Under the pieces are notes generated by a model, which made no database searches, was not told where the DNA came from, and was given only the letters and a program-made list of their open reading frames with translations. Of a DNA stretch of 64,000 bases, positions 1 to 12,188 are shown piece by piece (the first letter of the stretch is position 1; each line of letters begins with the position of its first letter). This DNA comes from Blepharisma stoltei ATCC 30299. Taxonomy: Eukaryota > Protista > Ciliophora. The position numbers and the translations under genes were made by a program. The stretch covers positions 806,001 through 870,000 of the forward strand of contig CBFDEM010000036.1 of NCBI GenBank assembly GCA_965603825.1, given 5' to 3'.

Positions 1-562
1 CTACCATTCCAATCATATTGCCTGCTAGTACAATTTGATTCGTCAGCTTAGTGTGTTGCCCAACTCCAGCTTTTCCCATATGTCTGATATTGATTCCATA
101 ATTATCCATTAAAGGTTTTGCTCTTTCAAATCCAGCTTTTTCTCCTCCTACCATAATAGCTAATTTCCCGTTTTTGGCGCCTTCGTCGCCTCCAGAGACT
201 GGGGCATCAACTGATGTGACTCCAACTTTTGAAGCTTCTGCAGCAATAATTGTGGCCAAATGAGGACTAGATGTAGTATGGTCTACTAGCAAGGTGCCAG
301 GTTTCATGAATTTTAAGAGGCCATTTTGACTGAGGATTAGATCATTAAGCTCGTGTGGGAACCCAACCATTGTAAATACGACGTCGCAGGATTCTCCGAT
401 TTCTGGGACTGACTTAAACTGAGCACCCAATTGTAGCAGTGGCTCGGTTCTTTCTCGTGGGATATTGTTGACTGAAAGTTTGTGGCCTGCTTTTATAAGA
501 CGCTCTGCCATCCATCTGCCCATCACTCCTGTGCCAATCCATCCAATCTTGGTTACAGACAT
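1..562 (-). CDS. 3-hydroxyisobutyrate dehydrogenase-family NAD(P)-dependent oxidoreductase (3' part outside window)
   Basis: Missing from the ORF track. ATG at 562 gives MSVTKIGWIGTGVMGRWMAERLIKAGH (Rossmann GxGxMG), then VDAPVSGGDEGAKNGKLAIMVGG and GVGQHTKLTNQ; open to the window edge. Confidence 0.92.
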   Translation of the reverse strand, partial: MSVTKIGWIGTGVMGRWMAERLIKAGHKLSVNNIPRERTEPLLQLGAQFKSVPEIGESCDVVFTMVGFPHELNDLILSQNGLLKFMKPGTLLVDHTTSSPHLATIIAAEASKVGVTSVDAPVSGGDEGAKNGKLAIMVGGEKAGFERAKPLMDNYGINIRHMGKAGVGQHTKLTNQIVLAGNMIGMV

Positions 563-644
563 TTTAGCCACTATAAATATGAATAAATAGGCTACAATTT
601 AGATTTTAGCACTATAGGTGCTTTAAATGCAACAATTTGAATAA

Positions 645-2093
645 TTAATTATTTCACGCTTGGTTAAAGCTAAAGTTTGTGCTCATATCTGACAAATACC
701 CTGAAGTGTCCATACTTTTAGAAAGATCCCTAATCTGAGCTCTCAATTCAGTCTGGAAATGGAACGGATTTGGCATCGTCAGCTTCTTTTCGACTATTTT
801 TGGAACAAAAGCGTCTTCTCATATAGGTTGGGCTTTAAATTCCATCTGTTTCCTTAAAGCTTTGATTTCTTCCTCTTCTCTTTGTCTTGCTTCCATTTCT
901 TCTTTTTGCTTCCTCAATGCTTTTTCTCTTTCTTTTTCTCTGATTTGTTCATCATAATAGCTTCTTTGTTCAGCTCTATAGTCAGTATGAAGGTTAAAAT
1001 CCATAGGCTGAGTTGGCGGTTTTTCACATGGTTTTGGCTGAAAAGGGTCAGAAAAATTAGGCATTTCTCTCGCATAGAATTTTTGGCCAATTTCAGACTC
1101 ATTCTGGGAGCTAGGCTTCTTTTGGTTAATAGACAAGTTAAAAGGTTCTGGGACAGTAGGTGGAGGAACATATCTAGTAAAAGAAGGAGCTTCAAATGAA
1201 GGCATTGGCTTAGCTGTGAAGGCCGTCATTTTTTCTTGTTTTTCTCTTTCCTTTTCTACCTGATATTGAAACATTTGAGATTTCTCTTGACCTCTTAATT
1301 CAGTCATTAAGGTAAAAGGCTGGACTTTTGAGTAAGGAGGAAGTTCTTGGTAAGAGTAATTCAAGCTTCCTATAGGTCTCGATTTATTATCAGCTTGTGA
1401 ATAGTCAGATTCAAATGAAATATTTTGAGACTGAGCAGCTCTTTTCGCAGTCTCAAGCTCAAATTCCATAGGCATTGTCGGCTTTTTAGGGATTTTTACA
1501 GGAATAAAGTCAGGCCTTTCCAGGATTTCTTTTTTTAAAGGCAGAGCCTTAAAGCCTTGGTAATTGTTTTCATAGATTTCATTATTTTCATTTTTAGCCC
1601 TTTGGGCTGTATGAAGCTTTATGTCTAAAGGCTGGGTTGGGATTTTTGGGTTTAATTTGATCTTATTTTGAGCGTAGAGCGACTTTGGAACTGGCCTTGC
1701 TTTGAATTTTGGCCTTTGGGCAATTTCTTCGAGCTCCCTTTGTTCGCGTGTTTTCATCTCGTTTGGGTCTGGCATGCGAATTCTGTTATCTGTGTGGAAA
1801 GTGAAAGGGATTGGCTTGGTAGATTTGGCTGGCTTTGGCTGGATTTGGTGAAATGGCTGCTGGGAGTTATAGAGAGCGTGGTTTATCAAGTTATCTCGTT
1901 CAATTGATGAAGAAGATGCGATGTCTTCTAGCTCATTTCTTTTATTCCAACTTAAAGGATAGTAAGAATGCTGTTCTACTATTTGAGGGCCTGATGCGTT
2001 TTTTCTCTTTTTTGGGTCTCCAAAGACTGAGTCAAAAGTAGGAATGAATTGCCGCTTTTTTGGCTGTGGATATGATGCACTATCAAACTCCAT
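645..2093 (-). CDS. TPX2-family microtubule-associated protein (~482 aa)
   Basis: Repeated FKARP/FKALP and TxPxPFxLxT motifs, and EEEEIKALRKQMEFKAQPI. Reading TGA 819-821 as W continues into LTMPNPFHFQTELRA (TPX2 C-terminal motif) up to TAA 645-647. Confidence 0.8.
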
Positions 2094-2411
2094 TTTGAAT
2101 TTAAATTTGTATCTAATTATAGGCCTGCCATAATTTGAAGGCAGATACAACAGTTCAAACAAATTTTATGATGCTGTTTGACCTCAACTATCTCTAAGTC
2201 TGTCAAGGTGATAATGCAAACTATTTTGAGTTTATCTGCATCATCTGAGAATATTATATACCGCATATTAAATGCCGAGCCAACCTGAATTATATTGATT
2301 TAATCAATTTATTATACTTAATAAAATACATTTAATTGAATAAACTTTGCTTATGGCAAAAGTGTTTTCAAATTAATGCAATACATGGCTTTGCCAAATT
2401 ATTTCTAATAA

Positions 2412-3536
2412 ATGATTGATCCGGACCTTCAAGCTATTGTTATTGACAACGGTTCAATGTGATGTAGAGTAGGATACGCTGGAGATGACACTCCGCAAGC
2501 CGTTATTCCAAGCATGCTCGGCCATATAAAATTTGAAAAAATATATCATAAATCATGACAAAAAAGATTTTATGTTGCTGATGAAGTCCTAGAGAAGCAA
2601 AATGACCTTGATATTAAATACACAGTTGAGCATGGTATTATTACGAACTGAAATTACATAGAAAAATTATGATATCACATTTTTTATAACGAGTTAAGAG
2701 CTCCACCTGATGAGCATCCAGTTCTCCTTACTGAAACTCCCTTCAACCCTAAAGACAACCGAGAAAGAATGACCCAAATAATGTTCGAAACTTTCAGTGT
2801 CCCTGCATTTTATGTTGCTTCACAAGCAGCGCTTATAATATACAGCTCTGGTCGAACTTCTGGTATCGCTGTTAATTCAGGTCACGGAATAACTTATATC
2901 GCACCAGCTTATGAAGGTTATACTTTACCTCATGCAATTCAAAGGGTTGAAATCACTGGAAGCGATTTGACTAACCATTTAACCATCCTGATGACTGAAA
3001 GAGGATATTCGCTGACTAATTCAGCTGAAAGAGAAGTTGTTAGAAATATCAAAGAAAGACTATGCTATGTGGCTCAAGATTTTCAAGAAGAAATGTCCAA
3101 AACTTCATCAGAATTTGAAAAGAATTATGAAATGCCTGATGGAAGCACAGTGACTCTTGGAAATGAAAGATTTAGAACTCCAGAAGCACTATTCCAGCCT
3201 AGTTTACTAGGACTTGATATTGATGGAATTCATGAAATAGTTGATAAAACTATCAAGAAATGTGATTTAGACATTAGAAAAGAGCTATATGAAAATATCG
3301 TCTTGAGTGGAGGCTCAACTATGTATCCTGGAATTGTAAAAAGACTTGAAAAAGAAATTCGAAATAAAGCTTTATCTAGTTTTAATGTAAAAATTTTTGC
3401 ATCACAAGAACGAAAATGCGCTGTTTGAGAAGGAGGATCTATTCTTGCCTCACTCCCAAGTTTTCAAAAAATGTGGATCACTAAGGTTGAATATGATGAA
3501 GTCGGAGCTCAAATCGTTCATCGAAAATGTTTCTAA
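2412..3536 (+). CDS. Divergent actin (374 aa)
   Basis: IVIDNGS...EHGIITN[TGA=W]NYIEKL[TGA=W]YHIFYNEL...V[TGA=W]EGGSILASL...IVHRKCF-TAA. With 5 TGA read as W it is full actin length. Confidence 0.95.
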
Positions 3537-3791
3537 TTTTTTCAAATTAATTAAAATTAAAAATTGCTCTATTAAATTCAATCAGGACAATTACCTATTT
3601 GCAACGATTATTTTTAAATGGCTTCAAAAGCGTTTTCATCAAAAGTCATTCATATGACAATGCTTTGAATCTCTAAATAAGTTATATATTTGCCTAAATA
3701 ATAAATAGCAAAATTTTATTATTAGTTAAGCAAAATTTAAATAATCTTATTATTAGTTTATTAATATTATAGTTCTGCATCAATTAATTTT

Positions 3792-4616
3792 ATGCTAGAA
3801 AAATTTCCCCCTATAGGAAAGCAGAATAAAGAAGCAGCCCAAATAAACAAACTGATTTCCAAGCTAACTACAATCCAAGACGAAGTTACTTTTTATAAAG
3901 ATAAAACACATAAAGCTAGTGGTGACATTTCTCGCATAATTACTAAAGCAGAAAAATTAACTTTTATTAAAGAGCCTTATTTCACTAAATCAGAAAAATA
4001 TTTACAAGGAAAAGAAAGCATTAGCCGTAACCTTAACAATGAAACAGACCTTAATAAAGAAAGGCAGATCACATCTTTAATTGAAGATGATGATCCACAT
4101 GAAAAACGCTATATTTCTCCATCAATGCTTTTCGATCAAGATTTTCGTAAAGCATTTAAAAAAAGAAAAAGAGAGTTCGGGTTCAGCGAAAAACCGTTAT
4201 CTCCGTATAAGTTCTCATTTATCCCGACTTCCCCAGGGTATGTAGAGCAAAAAACGAAAAAAATGAAGCCAAAACTTGCATTAATTATCAATAAAAAGTT
4301 AGGCGACATTATGTACAATAACACTTATAAAAATTCTGCAAAGCATCTTATTGACGACTATATACATAGTCATTCCAATCATAAGAAAATGAAAAAAAAT
4401 AGCTCAGTTTCTGTGCTGCCAAGTCCATCTCCTACTAGAGGAGAAAAATTTAGAAGAAGGAGCACTAAAGATCTTTCGATTAATATAAGAGATGAAGTAA
4501 GGAAAAAAACTGAAGAAATTGGCAAGCTCAAAGCAAAGCTATCGAAATTTCTGCTGAAAAAGAAAAAACATGCAGATGAGATAAGAAACACTTCAGGGTC
4601 TATCATATATGTGTAA
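3792..4616 (+). CDS. Hypothetical basic protein (274 aa)
   Basis: Long ATG-to-TAA ORF between AT-rich spacers; no recognisable domain. Confidence 0.7.
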   Translation: MLEKFPPIGKQNKEAAQINKLISKLTTIQDEVTFYKDKTHKASGDISRIITKAEKLTFIKEPYFTKSEKYLQGKESISRNLNNETDLNKERQITSLIEDDDPHEKRYISPSMLFDQDFRKAFKKRKREFGFSEKPLSPYKFSFIPTSPGYVEQKTKKMKPKLALIINKKLGDIMYNNTYKNSAKHLIDDYIHSHSNHKKMKKNSSVSVLPSPSPTRGEKFRRRSTKDLSINIRDEVRKKTEEIGKLKAKLSKFLLKKKKHADEIRNTSGSIIYV

Positions 4617-4656
4617 TTATAACTGAACTTTTAAAGCTGAATAAAGTTTCTCTACA

Positions 4657-6912
4657 TTAATTATCTTCTTTACCAGCTTTTGCTACATCAATACTTGAAT
4701 AATATCTCTGATGGATTCCAGGCAAATTTGATTTTACTCCTCCTTTAATGGTTCTTTTCAGTTGTGCAGTCTGATTTCTTGTTAGTTTCATTTGGGGAAT
4801 TCTTGATATCCTCCCATCATCAAGTGTGTTTAGCTTAAGCTCGGCTTGAAGCAATTTTTCTTTATATCTTCTCACCTCTTCTTCAAGCTTCTGTGCTTTT
4901 TCTTGGAACTTGTTAACTTTGCTTTCACTTGCTTGTTTGTCAAGCTTAAACAGTGTGTTTTGAGTAATCATGTCTTCTAAGACCTGATATAGCCTTTCTT
5001 GATTTTTCAAATATTGCTCATTTTTTTGCCTTAGCTGTGAATCACTTTCCAATAATAATGCCTGCAAGTTTTTAAATGCCCTTCTTGTATCATCTAAATC
5101 TTTTCTGATATCAGTGACTTTTAAAACTTTACTTTGAAGTTCTGTAATCAAACTCTTTTTCTCCTCATTCCAGAGCTCTTTTAGCTTTTCATACTTCAAA
5201 GATTCAATTTCTTTTGATTGGACAATTTCTGAGCTTGTGTTCAGTTTTTGCTGGATTTCTGAAAAATCTTGCAAGATCTTGGCTGCCTTCTCCCTTTCAG
5301 CTTGGACTTGTCCTTGAAGATCGCTTATTACGTCTTCTTGACTCTTAGATTTTCCTAAATATCTTTCAACTTCGAAATTTTTCGTCGTGATCATTTGGTC
5401 CAGCTCATAATTCTGCTGTTTTAACACTTGAATTGTTCTTTGGAGCTCTTCGTTTTGCGACTCTAAAAGGCTAAATGAAGCTTCCTTTAATTTTATTTCT
5501 TTTTCAAACTCGCTTATTTTTCCTTCTAAATTTTCCTTTTCTTCAATTAAACTGCTTTTCATCACATCTCAGTCAAGCCTTTCTTCTTGAATTTTATTTA
5601 TTTGATCAGAAAGAATTTGTACCAAGCAGTTTTGATTATCAAGCTCAGTTCTTACAGCTTCTAGTTCTTCTATAACTTCTGCTTGAGCTGCACTTTTAGA
5701 TGGGGTTTCGTCGACTTCAACTTTTTTGTCTTCTTCTTCTACAGAATTATTTGTATCTTCTTCAGGCAAAGGTATGTTATTTTTTTCAAGAGACCTTGTA
5801 TAGGCTTTGATTTGTTTTTCTTTTTTTTCTAATTCCTCTTTAGCTTGTGCTAGGAGAAGTTTCAGCTCAGATACAGTGTACTCTCTGTTTATTTTTGGCT
5901 TATTTTTGATAGATTTGGCGCGTATCCCAAATCTGAGAGTACTTACTGTTTCGTCTTCGTTGTAAGGAGAAGGGGAGCAGGTGATAATTAGTGAAGTTTT
6001 GGCGTTTCCTCCTAATGAATCCTGAAGCACTCTTGTTAGCTTGGAATCTCTATATGGTACATGTGTTGATTTTCCATCAGTTAAAGCATTGATAACTTGT
6101 CCTAAAGCTGTCAATGATTTATTAATCATTTTGGCTTCTTCCAATCTTTTTCCTTCAGCCCCAGTTTTCGCAATTTTTTCTGAGCCTGCCAAATCAACTA
6201 AAAACAGCCTTCCAGATTTCGTGGAAAATGACTGTGCATTAGTCTGAGTAATCGTAATAATAAAAATCGAGTGGGACCTCGACGACCCCGCGTTCATATG
6301 TGTATACCCTACTTCTCTATTATCAGTGCCTACCTTCATCAAATCATACACTTCTTCTTCACTTCCTACATATCTGTCAGTCAAATCTTCAATATAAATT
6401 CCTCGAGTTTTGTCTTCCCTGATTTTTAAGTCAGTTTTTGAAGGATCAAGCAAATCTTTGATTTTTTCCATATAAATCTCAGCGTACGCCACCTTTACAG
6501 AAAACTCTACACTTGCATCTGCAGTAGAAATTTTTTCAAAGACTGTTCCTACCATCCTTGGGATGATTCCCATTAGCTCTGGGTCTGATAAAACCCCGGT
6601 CATCGTAAATGTTTTTCCAGATGATGTTTGGCCATAAGCAAAAACAGTACCATTGAAGCCTTGCATAACAGCTTCAACTGTAGGGATTGCTGCGATTTTA
6701 TATACATCTATTTGTTTAGAGGCAGGGGTAAATATATGATCAAAATTAAATCTGAGAGGCTCTTGGTTTTCTAATGCAGAATTGATGATTATGGTCTTAT
6801 TGTCTTCACAGAATTCAATTGAGGTGTTTTCGCCCATTTCTTTTTCTTTTTGATTGAGGGGCCGAAATCTGCAGATGACTCTGATGTTGGGAGATGAGTC
6901 AGGCTCTTCCAT
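4657..6912 (-). CDS. Kinesin-1-like heavy chain (751 aa)
   Basis: Motor motifs AYGQTSSGKT, SSRSH, LVDLAGSE and HVPYRDSKLTRVLQDSLGG. Two track ORFs join in frame through TGA 5569-5571 into a coiled-coil stalk. Confidence 0.93.
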
Positions 6913-6984
6913 TTTAAGATTTAAATATACAATTGTAAAGAATAAAATGGAGGTATTGATAATTTATTACATTTTTAGGAATTA

Positions 6985-7470
6985 CTACAAATCTTTATCT
7001 TTAATAGGAATTTCGTTATCTTCAGTGCTTGTGATTATTTCTTCAGATGCTTTTTTGGCTTGAGATGCCATCATTTTGTCTAATGGAATTTCTTGGTTAA
7101 CTGCTTTTACATATTCATCAGCTTGCACTTCTGCATGAATTTTAAGATTTTCAAGCTTTTGAGCTGTAAGATCAAGCTCGTCCCAAATTACGCAATAATC
7201 GTGGTTATAGCCTAGCATGACGACAAGGACAAAAAATAATAATGCCTGATAATATCCTGTGTTTGTCTGGTATGAGAGATATAGGGAATTTAAGAGCAAA
7301 ATCCCAATCATTCCATAGCAGACGTATAAGACTTGATTAGGTATGAGCTTAATTATAGTTTTCCCAATAGTCATTCTGAACCTCATCAAAAGATAGATAG
7401 CCAATTGTGATATAAATAAAACAAATCCGAGTCCTGAAGCAAGATCAGATGCATAAGAAATTACCACCAT
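6985..7470 (-). CDS. Three-TM membrane protein with coiled-coil tail, BAP29/BAP31-like
   Basis: Three hydrophobic segments, a short coiled coil and C-terminal KDKDL (retrieval-like). Family is inferred from architecture only. Confidence 0.55.
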   Translation of the reverse strand: MVVISYASDLASGLGFVLFISQLAIYLLMRFRMTIGKTIIKLIPNQVLYVCYGMIGILLLNSLYLSYQTNTGYYQALLFFVLVVMLGYNHDYCVIWDELDLTAQKLENLKIHAEVQADEYVKAVNQEIPLDKMMASQAKKASEEIITSTEDNEIPIKDKDL

Positions 7471-7594
7471 TTATTTTTGCATTATTTCAGAATTTACGAG
7501 AAATTAACAGATTTGAATTTATTTTAATTGGTAAAATTTATTTTTAAATTTATTCAGATTAAAATTATATTTACTATTTATTTTGAAGACAAAT

Positions 7595-9061
7595 TTATGA
7601 CTCAAAATACTCTTTATTAGTTAAATCTGGATACTTAGGCTCTAATTGAATATGAAAATAACCTGTTTTTACTGTCATTTTTGATTCCACTATATTAAAA
7701 GCTTCAAGATAAGACAGCTTAAATCCTTTTCCAAATACAGAATCATTTATTTCTGGAATAGAAATTTCAATCAAATTATTCAAATTCTCAGAAAGTCCAT
7801 CTGTATCAATTTCACTACTAAGCTTACTTTCAGTAACATTCATATTTTCTACCCTTAATTCCATTATTTCTCCTTTCAAAACTCCATCAGCAAGAATAAC
7901 AGAAATTTTTGAGTTTAAAGTTGATTCGATTTCAATTGCTTTTCCATGATCAACAACCTCTACTGAGCATTGAATTAGAGCAGATCCACTTACTAGTCCA
8001 AGAATATTCCCTTGAGAATATTCATGAGTATTCAAAAGTGGGGTTTTCTTTGCTGCACAATTAACTTCGCATGGAAGTTTTGGACCATATGCTGATTCTA
8101 TCCCTGGCAAAATTTCATCAAGAAATGATGTTGTAAGCTTTATTCATGAAGGCAAGTCTTTTTGGGTAATTGTGAGATCAAACATGTCTATAGAGTACAT
8201 TGAGTATAGTGCAGAATTTATTGTATAATCTGAGATGAAAAGCTGCACATCAAGCTCATTTTCTTGATTTCGCAGTAAATCGACAGGGAGTGGGATTTGA
8301 GGAAATAAATTTGGCTCATTTTTGGCTACAAAAATACCTAATATGTCAATTTTCATAAAGCCTGAATTTATATATGGGCCATATGGCAACGCAACACTAA
8401 AAGAAAAAGGAGTGTGTGGAACTTCTATTAGTGTTGGAAATTGACTTAGCTGAATATTAATAACATATTCTACTGTGTGCTTTATATTCTTAGAAATCTC
8501 TTTTTCCAATATACTCTTTATTTTCGCATTTATGTTGTGAGTAAGCCAATTTACAATTTTTGCATTTTTACTGTCATAAACTTCTACATCAAAATTTCCA
8601 ATTTTTAGCTCAAGTTCATTAATTGTAATACCTAGATGCCCATTCGATGCATATAAAGTGCTTTTAGACATAATAATAGTTTTTTGGAGGCTTATGCTTG
8701 CAGATCCTGAATCCTCATCCAGCTCACTTGTGCTGTTTCATTTGAAAAATATTTCACAAAGAAAGTCTTCTATATCAACTACAACATGGTCTGTGTCAAT
8801 AATGTTTATTTGAGTTGAATTAATGTCAAACTGGATATTAGTTAAAGAAAAATCATATAAATCCCACTTTGTTGTCAATATTCCTTTGCCTGTTTTAAAA
8901 CATTGGCTTGGGATTTCCAGGTTATGCAGCTCAGATAAAATTTCTTTTAGCCAAAGAGCTTTAAATCCATTTATAGCTTTCTCAGAGAATACCAAGCTAA
9001 GGCCTGATGGTAAACTTAATGAAAGCTGGATGGAGAACAAAACCAGCAAAATAATTTTCAT
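7595..9061 (-). CDS. Secreted BPI/LBP/CETP (TULIP) lipid-binding protein (~488 aa)
   Basis: Signal peptide MKIILLVLFSIQLSLS, then GLSLVFSEKAING and LFISDYTINSALY. Three track ORFs join in frame via TGA 8738-8740 and 8144-8146. Confidence 0.82.
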
Positions 9062-9163
9062 ATAATTAATATAAATAATTAAGAACAAAAATCATTTCAA
9101 AATGGTGGGAGAGATATAAAATTAAGATTATTTAAGAACAGATAAAATGATAGATTTTTCAGA

Positions 9164-9817
9164 TTATTTATGTTTTTTTAGGATTTCTTTAATTTTTTCA
9201 ATCGGAGTCCCGCTGTCTTCAATAATTCTTGGGAGTTTTGGAAACCCAACTCTAAGATCTGCTCCTACACCTTCAAGATTGGTGTCTCTTCTTCTATTAT
9301 TATTTATTTGCCGTGAAAAAGCCTTCATCACTCTTTCTCCTTTTTCTTTCTTGTTAGTCTCTTTTGCCATCAGAGCGTCCATAAGCATTTTTCTTCTATA
9401 AGCACTAACAACAAGCTTCAAGGGCAAAGTTTTGGCGTCTTTTATAAGAGTTCCCTCTATAAGTCCTTTAAAAAAATTAGCAATTGCAGCGTTTCCTTTT
9501 GATCCTCTCAAAATAGTTAGAAATTCCTCAAACTCAATGCTTCCAGATCCATCAAAATCTACGCTTTTAACCATTTCTTCGACTTGCTGCCGTGTTTCTG
9601 CAATTCCTAAGGCAATTAAAGGATCTTCAAGTTCTTTGTATCCAATGCAACCTAATTGGAAATTACCATGCTTATTTTCGTCAAGTGTACTAAAATATCT
9701 TCTAAGCTTGCACCGATCATCGTCGTCAAAGCCAATGTATTTCCGCTTTCCATGTGTCCTAAGCCAGTTCCTGACTTCTGATTTCTAAATAGAAGTTACA
9801 GATGTTATTGAGCTCAT
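9164..9817 (-). CDS. EF-hand calcium-binding protein (~207 aa, two introns)
   Basis: Removing introns 9785-9799 and 9652-9666 gives 12-residue EF loops DENKHGCIGYKE and DFDGSGSIEFEE. Confidence 0.85.
9652..9666 (-). other. 15-nt intron (no stop)
   Basis: GTAATTTCCAATTAG; removal restores the EF-hand loop. Confidence 0.85.
9785..9799 (-). other. 15-nt intron
   Basis: GTAACTTCTATTTAG; in-frame TAG. Confidence 0.85.
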
Positions 9818-10135
9818 ATTTAGAGATTTATTATGAATTGTTGGGTTTGAATTCGTTGCTAATAATATTAAAGGTATTTTAGATAATATAAGCCAGATAT
9901 AAGAGAAATTAGAACGGTTAGGCTAGGCATTTTAAATTTATACTAGCCATTAAGAATTAAGAAATGGCTACTGGAAATAATAATTGTAAAACGAACGAAT
10001 GATTTTTAAAAATCATATATAATTAACAATTTTTATTTATTATTTGGATTTTTGAATATCTTGGTTAGTTATGAAAGCTATTATACAAAAATGTTAAAAC
10101 ATTTAACATTTGAGATTTAAATATTTATTAATAGC

Positions 10136-11005
10136 TTACAATTTTTGAATTTGTTGATTAACATAAACTTCTCTTAAGTCTCCAACTGCTTTTGACTTAT
10201 AATTTGACAACTTAAACTCATATAAATATGAGTTTTCTCTAATATAATAAATAGAACCTTCATAAAATGTTCTAGCACTCAAACCTAAATAAACTAAACA
10301 ATCCTGGAAACAGCAAACGAAATCTCACTCTGACAAAGGATCGTCAGTGGAATAAATTTCATAAAATTTACTATAGAGAATAATTAAATAAATTTTCCCT
10401 TTGCTTTTAACCAATGTTTTTAAATGTTTTTTCTCAAGATCACTAACAGGAATGCCATAGGTATAAGAATCCAGAATTATATCATATAAATATATCCCAT
10501 ATTTTTTATAACTTTCAACGACAATGAGAATTTTTTGATTAAATCCTATGCAAGAAATTGGTGATTCTGAAGGTAAAGGACACAAGCAGACCCATTTATT
10601 CATTGAAATTAAATACTTTTTAGCTAATTGTATTGTGGTGCTGCTAGATTTATCAAAATTGCATTCAAAAGTCAAAATTGAGTCATCATAATAGCAAGAG
10701 GTAAAAAAATTGCAATATTTATCCTTTCTCTTTGGACCTTGTATTGTTTTTATGTTGGAATTTTCATCCACGATTAATTCGGATTGGAAATTATCACTTA
10801 AGGTATAATTCCCAATTCCATAAATTTGATTGCTAGGAAGAGCCATCCTAGGAGATATATAAAGATTCTTGCTGCTCCAAGAAAGATCTATTGTAAATGC
10901 AGAGAGATTAATTCGATTGCTTGATTTTTGCGTTAAATATCATAGGTATTTTGATTCAATTTCATTTTGGTCAACTTCTGAGTCAAGCAGTTGGCTTATT
11001 TTCAT
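10136..11005 (-). CDS. Hypothetical protein, probable degenerate Kelch/beta-propeller (~289 aa)
   Basis: ATG 11005 to TAA 10136 is open with two TGA=W. Kelch-like segments KYLISMNKWVCLCPLP and IYLYDIILDSY. Confidence 0.6.
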
Positions 11006-11198
11006 ATTTTTACTTGAGCTATGAGAGTAGCTAAGAAATTTTTTATCAATTATTACCTATAAATGTTTTTTTCTATTTAAACTATTAAGTACAATAAGTA
11101 TATATTTACCAAATTAGCTGTAATGTCTCAATAATATTTATATAAGCTGTTACACTGCACTCTATTACAATTTTACCATCATTATATATAGGCATTAT

Positions 11199-12164
11199 AT
11201 GGACTTTTTAAAAGAAATCCGATCATTATCTAGAGCTGGAAAACAAACAACTGACAAGTATCTCATTTTGAAAGATAAAGACATCATTTTATCTGGAAAT
11301 ATAAAAAGAAAACCAAATTATATTAAGAAGCCTAATCAAACTGAAAAAGATCAGTTAGTGCATGAAAATCAAATTTCCACGCCCTCTAAACCCAAGGGAG
11401 CTAGCCATAGTTCAAAAAGTTCAATTTCATCGCCATCATTTAAAACTCAAGACAGAATCAGCTACTATAAATCTCGCTCAATCAAAGACCCTCACCCTCC
11501 TCCTGGCCATTACGAACCCAACTTTGAGGCTATAAAAAAATATATTGGCTCCCCAGTATTTTCAAGACCACAAACTCAAAGGAAAAAATTAGTTGCCAAT
11601 TCTCCAAAACCAAATAAAAATGATAATTTCATATCAAAAGATCACCAAATTAAAAAAGCGGATTCTATTGCAGATACGAAATGAATGTCAATTCAAAAGC
11701 CAACCCCTTCAAGTAATTTTAATGAAAGCACAATACTAGCCTTAAATTTATCCCCAATAGCTTCAACCTCTGCAAAAGCACTTTCAGCTTTAGACTTTAG
11801 GAAGCAGACAGGCAGAAAACCTTTATTTAAATCAATGGAGTTTCATCAAGATTACAAACCCAATAAAGATATTTGCATGCCTAAACAAAGGGTTTTAGAT
11901 ATGAATAAAAATTTGAGCAGAAATGATTTCTATAAAGAGTGCCAGACTCCTGACCCTTATGATGTAAATTATAAACTTGTGACCAAAAAGCTAGTCAGTT
12001 TTGATTTTTCTAAGACTACTCCCCGAAATAAGCTTCGAAAGGCTTCTCTTCCTGATTTCATGAAAGGGCCATTAGGATGAATGTCGTTAGACTTGATAAG
12101 TTCTGATTCTTTCATTTTTGACCGAATAAACACTTGTCGTCCTTTTATATATGAAAATTATTAA
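11199..12164 (+). CDS. SHIPPO/PGP-repeat-like ciliary protein (~321 aa)
   Basis: Two track ORFs join by TGA 11682-11684 and extend past TGA 12078-12080 to TAA 12162-12164. Motifs PPPGHYEP and TPDPYDVNY. Confidence 0.6.
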
Positions 12165-12188
12165 TATTATTAAAATTTTAATGGCAGC

